Shown: piece by piece, positions 13,330 through 26,700 of the stretch
How positions within the stretch are numbered: position 1 is the first letter of the stretch
Layout: each line of letters opens with the position of its first letter
NCBI GenBank assembly: GCA_002269645.1
Contig: NIVC01004275.1
Span: 1 to 52,106, forward strand
Direction: 5' to 3'
Source: Macrostomum lignano
Lineage: Eukaryota
DNA length: 52,106 bases
Notes under the pieces: model-generated
Seen by the model: the letters and a program-made list of their open reading frames with translations, nothing else
Database searches by the model: none
Told to the model about the DNA's origin: nothing
Program-made: the position numbers and the translations under genes

Positions 13330-14400
13330 GTGAACGGCAATTGCGAAATTATTTTAATTCGATGGACTGATTTACGTCACTGCCACCCGTTGCCCCAGCT
13401 GTTGTCCCCACTCGTTGCCCCTCCTGTTGGTCCTGTTTTTTTCGCCTCTGGCCCCTCCCGTTGGTCTTGTTGTCCTTTTCGCCTGGCCCTTTGTTTTTCT
13501 GTGCTGATCCCGTTGGTCGTTTTCGTCCACTGTTTGCCCCACCTGTTGCCCCACCGGTTGCCCCATCGCCTGCCCGGTTGTCCCATCCCCTGCCCCACTC
13601 AATGTACGTTACTATTGAAATAAGTGTTTTATGTGACGATCATGCATTCCCTCCCCCTTTCCCTTCTGATTTTGTTTTTTCCTTTCCCTTTTCATTTTCT
13701 TTTCCATCCTTCTGCTCTTGCGATTTTGTTTCCGGTGATTGCCTAGTTCAGTTTTAATTTATCGTCTGCACTCCCGGCACTAGCGCGTTTCATAATCGTC
13801 ATTAATAGAAATCCTCGCCAGCTTGGCTCATTAACTAGTTTAACTTAATATTCCACCTTTTAATTATCTCGTGCGTTTAGGAAATAAAGACGATCGACGT
13901 AGTTCTCCTTAAGTTTCGTTAATTGACTGAAGCCTTCGTAGTTTATCTTGAGTAATTTGCCCGTGGGGCGTTAAACAACCCATTAATCTCATCTCCGAAC
14001 GAGCTCTGAGATCTCAACGTTCCGTAATACGCAATTACGGTGGTGGCAGCAACTACCCTACTGACAGTAATCAGTCAAACAGTTCGACGCATTAAATATA
14101 CGGAGTCCGAACCTCCGGTATTCCTAAATCTGAACGACCGTGCCGCTTACGACCGCTCGACTACGATTGCGACTACCCTCCCCCCGGACTTGAGAACCCG
14201 GCAGTCGGAGTAAAACAGGAGGAAATAATTCGTTGTGATTCGTCTGCGCGATTTCCGGCTTTATTCGTGCGAGCTCAACGTCGGCGGCAATTCAAACGTG
14301 TACCCGCCCCACCTCAAGTTGGTGTCAGCAAATTTCAAAACCCAACCGATTTCCAAGACAACAACCTCCTCCGCCCTGCACCTCAATTACTAAGTGCATA
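13330..14400. promoter_or_regulatory. GC/CpG-rich region between divergently oriented COX5A and MTAP; candidate promoter
   Basis: CpG-rich relative to its flanks. GC box CCCGCCCC at 14303-14310. Canonical G4 motif on the minus strand at 13573-13596. Could instead be a repeat remnant. Confidence 0.35.
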
Positions 14401-14704
14401 AGAAACGAAAAATTAAAAAAAATGAACAAGGGTGGAAAATAAAAAAATGTATATATTTAAACAGTTCTTACTAACAGGATAAAAGCTAAGCAGTATATTA
14501 TTTTTTGTCATTGAAATGGATACCTCTGAGTTTTTTGTTTTATTGGGCACATGCTTTAATAGGATGGTTTTCCAAGAACGTTCTACGCTGTTTTGGTTTT
14601 GGTTTGGTTTGCCTTTGCGTCAGCTGAATTTTTCGCAAATACGGTTTCGTAGTTTTTCCTTCTTACACTCTTATTACTATCAGTGCAATTTTAGTTAGTA
14701 CAAA

Positions 14705-17700
14705 ATGTCTTCAATAAAGGTATGTTAATAATTCCCGTTTTAGTACATTATTTGCCTTATTCAGTTTTTTAAGTACCCATTGACACGGCGGCTGTCTAGA
14801 ATGTTGGAGCTTATAGGCACGTCCGCCTTGTCTATAACGTTAAGCACACAATATACCGTGGCTCTAATTTGGCAATATTGCCAATAAGGAGACAGCCACC
14901 GTCTCCAATGACGAATGGATTCTATTCTATATTAGGGACACTGCCACCCTCCAACCTTTGTGTCTTTAAGTGTGAATGTGAACCCATTCAATAATAACCA
15001 GTGTTGGGCATTTCCGTTACCGAGTAACTTGCAAATGGTAACGCAAGTTACTTTTTCGTAAAGCGTTCCTTACGCAAGTTACTTTTTTATTTTAGTAACG
15101 GAGTAACGGTAAGTTACTCAAATTTCGGAAGTCCGTTACAGTTACTTTGCAACAATCACAATATTTAAATTTAAAACTGAAATGCTTAGCTATTACGCCG
15201 GTTGTCACATGTTTTTGCATTTTTCATTCCTTAATTCAAAATTAAGTGAATAGTATCATATGGTATTGCGCTTAATTAATGAAGAAATACTTGAAACATG
15301 TTTTACTTTGTTAATTTCAGTAAAATATTTTTGCCCTCATTTTCGTTACTTAAAATTTTTAAGTTTGATTCAAACAAACAACCAAAGAAAGAAATTCATC
15401 TGTAGCCTCCACAAGTCCCTCCACTGGCACTGCAGTACACTATACCATTTTATACAGTTCTATTTATTTTACTCAATTGAATTATTGATATTCGTTTAAT
15501 TTATCATTTATTATTTATTAATTTATCATTTAATCAATTTTAATTATTGATTGCCATTGCCCATTGGTCCTTCTACTTGCCTCACATCGTGTCACCAATT
15601 CCTGTCTCTGTCTGTTAATCGGTTAATCCCAATGCCCAATGGCAAATTTCGGTAACAACGATATGAAAAAATGTTCAATGTGAAAAAAGCAGAAAATTTT
15701 GTTAATAACATGGGTAAGGGAAGTGAGTAACAGACAGTAACTTAAAAGTTACCAGGTTTTTGTCTAAAGTTACTAGGCTAACGTAAGTTACTTTTTAAAA
15801 ATTGGTAACTTAAGTTATAGTAACGCAAGTTACTTTTTTGAGTAACTTGCCCAACACTGATAATAACAACATGGCCACTGGCGCTGTGCAGGCTTCATTG
15901 ACACAGCCTCCAGCCAGTGTAAGATGTATTCTACATTACTGACAGAGCGGCTGTGTCTACAAGCTCTAATACCACACTCCAGATCATATAGTATATGTTG
16001 AAAATTTAGGCGTGCATGGCCTTGCATGCCAACAGTAGGCGTGTACAGTTGGCATGCATCACTCCTAAGAAAATAGTGTGCGTGCAATAGAGTTGTTGTG
16101 AATTTGAAAAGTATGAAAAAGTTCATTTTTAAGCATAAATTTCAAGCTTTTTGGGTTTTTAAAGCTTTTAATAAAGCATTTAAACAAATTTTAGCATGTA
16201 TAAATTTTTCAATAGAAATAGTATTGCCATAAAGCAGAAAAATTACCCAAATTATCTACCAAAAAGGATCTATTATACAATTCAAAAAGTCATTTATTGT
16301 TACAATATAAAAAATGTCATTTATTGTTACAACTCCAGCATAGTTTTAGGAATGGACATGCACTCCATTTATTTTGGCATGCATTTATAATTAATCAATT
16401 TTTGTTTAGATATGCGCCCAGCATGATCTGGACTATGGCTCTAATATTAGGCCCCTTATAGACATGGCAGCCAGAGCCATATTAACACTAGTGGAGTCTT
16501 GTTTGCAAAAATATTTTTCTTTTGAATTTAGGTAAATTAAAAATTTTTATTTTATTTTCTTATTCTTGGAAGTGCAAGGAACTATTGTAACCTATAATAC
16601 ATTTGTTGGTTTTTTATAACAATAAATGTAACTGAAACCAAAAAAGGAGTTTGTAATTGAGTATATATATAGTTATGGATCAATTTTTGGTCACAGTGGT
16701 AAAATCTATATATTCTCTTAATACTAAAACTGGTGCGTTGTTTGTCTTTCTATATGTATGTTGCAAGTGAACTCCTACAATTCTGGCAAGTCAGCATCAA
16801 AACTCATACGAAAAAACTGCAAATTTTCCGGATCAGGCTTTAGACTATTTTAATTTTTAATTTTCAAATTTCAAGATCCCTAAAAAAGCAGAAAACTGTT
16901 TTTTAAACCCTCAAAAACCTTCTTTGGCCACTCTGCCTGGGCTACAGTCAGTTTGTAAAAAAACTACCCCAACCTCTGCCCGCAAATGGCTATGTATTGG
17001 GGGGGGAGATGCGCATGTTCTGCGTTCAATGCAAATAGAACCTCTCCGTGTGTTGGGAGTGCAATAAAATTTAATGATTCCCCCAGAACAGGCAGGGGGC
17101 TTGGGCTGAGTGTAGTGTACATAGCTGTTGTATAGTGTAAGCAAAAATGACTGTCAAGATTCAATTGGTTTTATTATTGGCACCTTTCAATACACAGCCC
17201 CTGTGTCTTGCTAGGCAGTAAAATTTAATGAATAAACTTGCAAACCTCTGTCTCAATGTACCAAGCAGTCAGGAAATTGGGAAATTTCAAATGCTAACTG
17301 TTCCTTGAGTTTTAAACTTTAAGAGTAAAGACTTATATTGCTGGGAAGATCTTGCAACGCCAAGTTTGGGGATATAAGTTGTTTGCTTTAAATATGAAAA
17401 CTAAAAGCACAGCATTCAAAAAACGATTTCCATACTTTTGCAAAGATTATACTTATTTTTGCAATAGGTCAGAGATCGAGTTGGGGGGTTCAACTTCTGC
17501 TTGCCACTGTGTATTGAAAGGGGTGGTCACTGTGTATTGGATAGTTAATTTAAATTGCGCAATCATTTTGTTAACTTTAACTGAGACTGATACTGACTTA
17601 CTGAGAAATCAATTTTGCGATTAGGTCAGAGATCAAGTTGGGGGGTTCAACTTCTACTTGCCGCTGTGTATTGAAGGGGGTGGTCACTGTGTATTGGATA

Positions 17701-20700
17701 GTTAATTTAAATTGCGCAATCATTTTGTTAACTTTAACTGAGACTGATACTGACTTACTGAGAAATTGATTGTGCATTATATTGCTTCAATTAGTTCAAT
17801 TTTTCTATTATTGAACTTTCTGTGCCTTTAAACAGGCAGCTCTGTGCAGCTCTAACCTTAACTGGTAACCTTAACCACTGAATCCTGAGTTAGTTCTTTT
17901 TGATGGAGAAAATTTTGATTAAGTCCAGTTTCATGGAGAGGATTTTGATGGTTTTCAGTTTCACAGAAATGATTTGTTTTGCAAAAAGAATTTTGATGGA
18001 CTGCAGTTTCATGGAGAGAATTTTGCTAGATTTTTGTTTCATGGAGAGGAGTTCAATGGATTCGGCACCTTCAGTCAGTCAGATAAGAGAGTAAAGAGAA
18101 AAGTGAGCAGAGACGAGAGGAGAGATGATAGAAAGGAGAGTAGATACGAAAGAGGAGGGATTACAGATGCAATGGGAAAAGAGATGAGTGAGAAAAAGAG
18201 AGAAAGAGATTCGAGTTTAGAGGAGAGAAGATAGGAGAGAAGAGAGGGGAGAAGATTCAAGATGGGAGGAGAAAGGAGAGAAAAAAGAGAAGAGATAAGA
18301 AAGAATAGAGGAGACAGGAGATGGTAGAAAAGAGGGTGGAAAGGTGAGATGAGATACAAAAGGAGAGTGTGAGAGCATATAGATATAGGAGATGTGAAAA
18401 TTGAAAGCAGAGAGAAGAGGGAAAAAGAAGAGATAGAGGAGAGAGGAGAGAGATAAGAGAGTAGATGAGAGATGAGAGAGTAGATGAGAGATGAGAGAGG
18501 AGAGAAGAGGGTAGAGATAAGAGAGAAGAGCTGGGAGAGAGGAGACAGGAGAGAGTAGACACGAAAGACGAAGGAATTAGGAAAAGTTATAAATAAGGGG
18601 GTAGAGAGGAGAGAAGCAAGAGAAGGGAGAGAGGAGAGAGAAGAGAGATGAGAGATGTAAGAGTAGAGAGGAGTAATTAGTGAGAAGAAAGAAAAGGGTA
18701 AAAATGAGAGCGCAGGGTGCAGGTATTTGAAAGGCTTTATAGATGATTTGGAGATGATTTTGACAATGGGATTCAAATCATGGAATTTCAGCTGATGGAT
18801 TTCAGGGAATGGAATTCCGGTGATGGGAGTTCTTTCCCTTTCTCCTCCAAAGGAGGAGTTCTACTCTAAATATATATAAATGAAAACTGTCTGTGTATGT
18901 GTGTCTATATACAATTTTGATCACAATGGACTCCCAAACCGCTCAACTAAATTACATCAAATTTTGCACCCACCCTAAACTCACTACGTTGAATGTCTTA
19001 GGCTACAAGTGTACCTTGAAATTTCTTAAATTTAAGTTTTCCTACCTAAAAGTGCTAAAAACTGCTCAAAATGCGTGATTTTTTCAATAAATCCTCCATA
19101 GTGCTGCTCCACTTCTACCAATCCTTTCAAATTTGAAAGAAACAATCTTCAACTATTTTGACACAATCGTGTAAAATTTTAAGGCTCAAAGTTGATCCCA
19201 AACAGCCTTCTCTGCACCCCGAGAGTGGAGGAGAGGCTACGTTAAGCCATGACAGTTAAGTGAGAAATTCTAACCACTGCCCTCTGTATAGGCAAACTCT
19301 GCAGCAGTTTAACAGTGGATGACAATTAGCAAATCAAGGCAATCCAGCATGGTTGGTTTGTAAAAGCGAAAGATTTATGAAAATGCAATGCAATGCAATA
19401 CAACCCCACTAAATTAGTCACACCATGGAAATTTTTAAGTTTCTCTTAAAGGTATTTAAAATTTAAATGGCCTCCCAAGAAATTCGTATTTCCTTGGTTG
19501 TTAGACTGATGTAGACTGCAGTGAAGCTGAAGATACACAAATTCCTTTCAGGGCTGCAAATTGACAAGAAATATTACGTGATCAAAGCCAGATAAAGAAT
19601 CAAGATCATGGCTAAGGGGCAGATGAGAGTGAAAAGGGGAAAGAATAGACGATTAAAAAGAGAGGAGAGGTGATATAGGGGATGAGAGAAAAGATAGAAG
19701 ATAAGACGAAGAGGAGAGACAAGGGGTGAGGAAAGAGAGGGGAAGAAGAGGGGAAGGGAGAAGTGAGAGAATAGGGGAGAGAAAAATCGGGGAAAGAGAA
19801 GCGAGACGAGAGGGTAGAGATGAGAAGGAGAAAGAAGAGAGATGAGAGAGGAAAGAAAGAGGAGAAAGTAGAGAAGAGTGTAGAGATTAGAGAGCAGAGA
19901 GGAGATGAGAGGGAAGAAAGAGGAGATTATAGAGCAGAGAAAAGAAGAGAGAGAAGAAAGGAGAGATTAGAGAGCAGAGAAAAGAGAGAAGAGAGAAGAG
20001 ATGACAAAAAGAGAGTACAGATTAGATATGCGAGAAGAAATGAGAACAAGAAAGAGTAGATAGGAGATAGGATCAAGACGAGAGAGGAGAGAGTTGAGAG
20101 ATGATAGGAGAGATGAGAAATAAAAACAGAGAGTAGAGAGAAAACAGGGGATGAGAGATTAGAAAGAAGAGGGAGTTGTTGAGAGAGGGGAGAGTGAGGA
20201 GTGAGAAGAAGGAGAGAGGAAAGAGGAGAAAAGAGAGATAAAGAGAGAGTAAAGGGAAGAGAGAAGCGATAAGGTTGTAGAGATGAGAACAATGAAAGGA
20301 GAGATGAGAGATGAAGGAGGAGAGAGGGAGTGGAGAGCAAAGAGAGGAAAGAAGACAGGAAGAGTATAGAAGAAGGTAGAGAAGAGAAGAGAAAGAAAGA
20401 GAGGAGTCAAAAGAGACGAAGAAAAGAGTACAGAGAAGAGTTAAAAACATATAAGAGAGTAAAGATGACAGAAGAGAGAGGGGAGATAAGAGAGCAGAGA
20501 CGAGAGTGAACAGACGACAGATGAAATAGTAGAGAGAACAGAGGGGAGAGAATAGATAAGGGAGACGTGATTACAGAGACAAGAAGAGAGAGTAGAGTGA
20601 AATGAGAAGAGATAAAGAGGAGAAAGGAGGGCTGAGAGAGCAGAGAGGGGAGGGAAGAGAAGAGAGAGAAAAGGGGACAGAGAAGTGAGAAGAGATAAGA

Positions 20701-23700
20701 GAGCAGAGATAAAATAAGAGAAAGGAGAGCTGATAGAGCAAAGATGAGAGAGAAGAGAGATGAGGGAAGAGGGGAGAGAGTAGAGAGGAGAGAAGAAAGA
20801 ACAGAAGAGATGAGAGGAGAGAGAGAGAAGAGAGGAAACAGAAGAGAAGATGGAAGTTTCAAAGATCCAGGGGACTTAGAGAGAGAGGCAGAAGCCAGAG
20901 TTTGCCAATATAGTTTTTAAAGTCAGACAGACATTTGCTGACATTCTGCACAGCACCCCAGCCAACTATATCAATGGTTGCCTTAAATCCTAATTTTACA
21001 CAAATGTAACTCCATTTTATATTTCCCTCTATCCTAACGATCAATAAGTTTTTGTGTGAATATGACTTCAGATTTTAGAATGCATGCAAAATAGTTCTGG
21101 GGATTAGAATTCCCCGGGTTCAAATTCCATGGGTTTCAATAGCTTGTATGTTTATAAAAATACTTTTTGCTTTAGAAAAAATAGATTTAGTAAAAAGTAT
21201 TCTTTCACACTTAGCAATTATCAGATATCACCCCTTTGGGCCATAGATAACTCACAGGGTAGACTTTTTTGTCACAGCATTATTGCTCAAATCATCTATT
21301 CAAATCCTCAGCACTGGTGCAAATTCAAATGAAAAATAATTTTGTAAAATACTGCCAACCAATGTGACTATGACTTTGAAATGTTGTCAGCATTATAAAT
21401 CATTGGAACTGGCACAAATCCAAAAGAAAAATAATTTCTCAAACAAAACTGCACTACTAGTGCCACCATGTCAAAGATTATAGACCTATGCACTGTTAGT
21501 ATTCAGAGATATAGACATGGCCACCATTTCTATAAGTTTTTTAGCATTATAGATATAACTGCCATGTCTCTAAGTGTGGTGTTTTTTATTTTATATAATT
21601 TTTGACCTAACAGATTCTGCATTTTGCAATAAAATCAAGAAGATGAAAAACTTTCAGTGTCATTTATCATTGATTATGCCTACTAAGCCCTATAAAAATA
21701 TTATGCTATAAATTTTGCCATAACATTTTGACTATATTTTAAGCGATTATTTTATGTATCTCTAGATGTAGCCTACTCGAGGTCTAAATGGACAACTTCA
21801 ACTGATTTATAATATTCTAATAATCCGGTGTTCCAAAAGTATTTAGCCCTAATAGTAACTTCTAAACCGCCGGTATATAAATGAATAAAAAATTATACAC
21901 ACACTTATATGTATGGGCACATATAGAGTTTGGGCTCTCAGTCGAATACTTAAAAGAATCTATCTGGCAGAATGTGAAGCCTAGCTTCTGCAGTGCAATG
22001 TGTTCTATGGTGGATAAGAAAATAATACTAAATAGAGTGAATAGGAGCATTTTAGTGTTTTTAGGTAATATTGACAAGGAATGGCTAAACTCTAGACATA
22101 CTAGACATACTAGACACTAGACATACTAGACACTAGACTAGCAATAACATGCAAGTTATTAGCTTGATAAAAACTTCCTACAAAATACTTTGTACTATTA
22201 CAAAATGGCTAAAACTTTGCTCTTACATAATAAATAGGGCCTGGGTCTTCTTCAAGCTATCATCGAAGGCAATGCATTAAAGCTTATATTAGAATAATAT
22301 TTTAACTATAGAAGAGGGTTTTTATTAATTGTAAGGCAATTTTGGTTTTTTCAAGTAACGGCCCATTTTCGTATTTCCCCTTCAGGTTGGAATCATTGGT
22401 GGCTCTGGCCTGGACAACCCTGACCTTCTAGAAAATCGCTCTGAGAAGTCGGTCAACACACCATATGGCGAGCCGTCTGATGTGCTGGTCTGCGGCCAGA
22501 TTTCCTCTGTGCCTTGTGTGCTGCTTGCTAGGTGAGATATCCTTTTTTAATAGAAACCAATTAAAAGCTTTTTTGTGTATTATATAGCTGCAGGAGAGTT
22601 GTGGGCACCCACAGAAAAGTTGTGGGCTTTTCCCGGAAATTTTTCCAATTCTGTAATGTAGTTTGATCCAGGGAATTAGCCCAAAAGAGTGACGAAATCC
22701 GGATTTTGTTCATGACCCGGGCATTCATACTTTTTTCCTGCAACTGAGACCCAGATCAGCAGAAACGTTCCAGGCGAAAATGCCGGATCGGGGAACACAG
22801 ATTTCCGGAACTTTGAACCGCAAAAGACAAAGTGTTCCGGACGGTCTATCTGAGTCAGTTTCCCGGCGAATTGAACGGATTAGTGTTTGATCCAGGTCTC
22901 CAGTTAAAAGGAAAGAAATTTTTGTGTAATACTTTTGCAGAGATGGGTTCCATCCAAAAAGCTGTTCGCGATCGAACAGCGATTAGAATTCCAGCTTTCT
23001 TTAAGGCGGAAGCCAAAGTTTTTATATTTGGCACAGAGTACAGACTTCCGTCAATCTACAACCTATTGAGCATCAATGAAGCCAGCAGATTGTCCGTATA
23101 CTTTTTATCCCTGTATACCGGTTTCATTTCGTTATTAGATCATTATTCCCATTCCTTAATCGATGTCCACAAGGGCCGTTTGATGCATCTAATAAATCCG
23201 TTGGATTTAGTTCGGCTGTTGATGTGGGCGTCGCATCGACAGCTTCTTCCTCGATGAGATTGCCGTCGGAGTCGAATAATGCGTCACCGCCATCGCTTTG
23301 GGTGGTGGGGCAATTTCTTCAACGCGCCTCTTCTTGCACCTCCCTCCGAGAGGAGATCTGGCAGTGTCTATGCCAGCGCGTCGGTTGGCATTTTCCGCTT
23401 GATGCGGCTGTTCGTTGCCACTTTCGCGCAATGCCAAACTTCTGACCTTGACTTGCGACACATTGCGCTCGCGGACTTCATCAGGCCAGGCATTAAAAAT
23501 GAGGTTCTCTCGACAGCGTCCAAAGGCATGATGAACTTTGGCTAACGTTATGGACATGCCACTGCTATTACAGTAAACCCGCCTAAGTCCCAGTTTGACG
23601 TTGTTAGCCGATCGAACTACTCCGGCTGTTTCGTTGGAATTCCGGCGACCGCTTGCGATGGACGTCCGAAATCCATCAGTCGTAAATGCGGCGCGCAATA

Positions 23701-26700
23701 CAGTTTGGATTAAGCAAGCTTTTGCTTTATTATCCTTGATGTTATTCGAAGTGGAAAGTTGTGCTTCTTTGCTAGAGCCTTCTCTAGTGCCTTTTCTACG
23801 GCCAGACGCTCCTCCACGTACACAAGAAATGCCGTAGGTTAGAGAAATACCCGATCGTTGCTTGTTTGCTGGGCCGGAATTCCAGCTCATGCAGAGTGTG
23901 TCTTGAGACTCGAGGACAGCGTCCATGCTCTTTTGCAGCTCCTCCGCCTGCCCAGAGCTTAGAGGTTATTGAATGTAGTACGCCGTGGGCTTTTTTATGC
24001 CGCTCCTTTGTAGTTCATCCGGCTCATCTCCACCGGTAGTCTCCTCTGCACAGTCGATTTCGACGGCATCAGGATCGACAGAGGCGTCGAACAATGAACA
24101 TATTTCATGCCCGAAAGTATTTTTTTATTTCGGTGAAGTCAGAGCCACCTCTTTCTCGATGTGCTAGCTCGGCCAGTTCAGTCTCGTCGTTCAAAGCGCG
24201 ATGTTGGAGCTGCGTATTTGCTGCGTATCTACGAGAGATTTGAATAGAGAACGGAATGTATGCTGCTAAACAGTTTTACTTCGCAAAACATTTCAAAAAG
24301 TGTACATCACTAGCTACTCACTGTGCTAGTATACCGGTACACTAGTATACTAAACGAATAAGCGACCTATGTGCAACCCACGAAGTGCTCCTATAAGTAA
24401 ATTATATACAATTTACCCTTATACGTTAAAATTAACAATTAGTGCTCACGTACGCGTGCGGCTTTAATTACCAAAACATGCAAAATGCATTTACGATAAA
24501 ATATATAATGGTCGTTTCAATGAGATTACCGTCTGAATTACACAACTGACATGATTAGAATAGGTTTAGGTATAAACATGGAGAATAGTTGTTAGTTGGT
24601 GAAGAAGGCATGTACTGAAAGCAAATTGCATCTGTGCTCCACATGTGCTAGAGGCACGCTCAGTTAGCCTGTGTATTATGCTAGCACTCGTCTTTTGAAA
24701 TGTTTTGGTGTCTTAGCAGATGCAGTCTGTTAGGATTATAGACACGTATACATGCCCGTGCAGATACATACATGTAATAGTACATAGTAAAACAGCGAGT
24801 CACACTATACAGTGGCGTTTAGTACGCGTTTAGTTGCGTGGCCTATCAGCAGTCACCTGGCTGTTGGGCACTAACGGCACGTCTGCGCCAGGGACGTCTT
24901 AAGCTAGCACCGGGACACGCAAGGTTTTTTACCCTCTGCAAGATGAGGCCGGTTTTGGCCAATTGTGCGTGGCTGTATTTTGCAAAAGCGATATGCACGC
25001 TAGTGGATATTTTATGCGATTTTCTATAATATGCTTGCATTTGCTTTACAAAAATGATTATTTGGATAAATAGAAGCTTATTCACGTATATTTTATAATC
25101 TCTTATTGATTTACTCAGTACAATTTAGTAGATAAAAGCGTTTAATTCAGAGCAGGTAAGCAATTTTCAGTACATTTTATAGCAATTTTAATCGCAACGC
25201 AGTTTTCATTTTATCAGTAAAACATCATCTATCCAGCAACTTTGTGGTCATTAAAATTTTAATTCAGAAATGTGCATAAATGCATAAGTGCCGAAAAGCA
25301 TAAGGTAATTCCAGGTAGCTTTTAACCTATGAGCTACATTTGACAGCATAGTAATTAAGAAAATGTCCATTAATGCAGTTCCAGTGAATATGAATATGAT
25401 ATGATCATTGCCTTACTTGTCCGTGCACAGGCTGGAAAGCTTCGCTAGCTTCCTACTTCTTCTGGCAGCGGTGCTCACTGCTGACAAGTCCTTCGACAGG
25501 TTCTTCATCATCAAGTTAAAGAAGAACCTGACAACGCCGCCCTTGATGCAGGGGCTTGAGAACAGATAATGCGACCAAAGAAGCTTTCCATGAAGATATC
25601 ATCCTCCATCAGCTCGTCCACGAGGTTGGAGAACAGCAGCACCTGGCTCGAAGCGCAGAGCAGCTGGCTTCGCAGTGTTTCGCTCTGTCGAATCTCCTCA
25701 AAAATTCTCCGACAGTGGCTTGCGAGATTGAAAACAATTGCAGCGGCTTGGACAACCCGCCGCGATTGATCTCATCAATAAAATTGGAGGCAGCGGACTG
25801 GACCGGAGCATTTGCTTTAAGAGGAGGCAGAAAATCTGACTCAAGCAAAAGCTCCCGGCAGGACTCGCAGCCACGCCTGTTCTGCAGAAGCTTCTTTGCG
25901 ATGCAGCCGCTCATGTACGAGTAGTAGATGACAGTGCAGTCGGATTCTCCGGGCTGAAAAGTCATCTCCATTTTCGCCGCGATCTCCTGAGCCAGTTTCT
26001 TCATGTTGGACTTTCCATCAGGAAAAAATAAGTCGACTCGGCGATTGCACGATCAATATCTTGGAACGAAAACTGCGAGAAATTGAGCAAACTGATAGCT
26101 GCGATATTCCGGTTTTTCTCGGAGAGCTGCCTGGCCGAGATGCAATAGTTCGCTCCAGACATCTGGCGAAGCCAACCGAATCTGCTCTCGATGCTGTCGG
26201 ACTGCAGGGCACCGAGCAGGACGTAGGAAAAGTCTTCACGGTCCAGAAGGTGCCTCGCGCAGGCAGCGATAGCTCGGCAGGTTGGCGACAAGCCAGGAAG
26301 GTCTTCCTGGACAAGCCGCGCGGCTGCCGGAAGTTTTCCAAGACTGAAATTATGTGTATGAGATAAAAAAAGGATTTCAAACTGGCTTTTTTCTTGCCAT
26401 ATACTTTTGCTATACTAACACGTACGTTTTTAAGTAAACTATACTATATATACTCTACTCTACTCTACTTGGCCTATTTTGGTTGTAAGTACATGTATGT
26501 TCTCTTTTCCTCACCTGAAGAAACTCGCTGAATTCCTCCAGATACTGAAGCTTCCAGCCGAGAGATGACCGCACAGGATCCTGATTTATGTCGCGCTTTC
26601 GCCGGCCTTTTGATGCCGTCTTGACATTGAGAATTTTCCAGAGCTTAAGCCCAGCGCCGATGAATTCTGCGGTGTCGGTCCAGTCCTTTCTTTCGTGATC

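Noticed and set aside
13286-13330. Two small hairpins resembling a Helitron 3' end
   Set aside because: No CTRR terminus at the expected distance and no 5' TC end identified.
14319-14330. TGGTGTCAG resembling a Gypsy primer-binding site
   Set aside because: Match is too short, and no second LTR or gag/pol is visible.
18075-20862. Leu/Ser/Phe-rich membrane-like or Arg/Glu-rich ORFs
   Set aside because: Translations of GA/CT low-complexity sequence.
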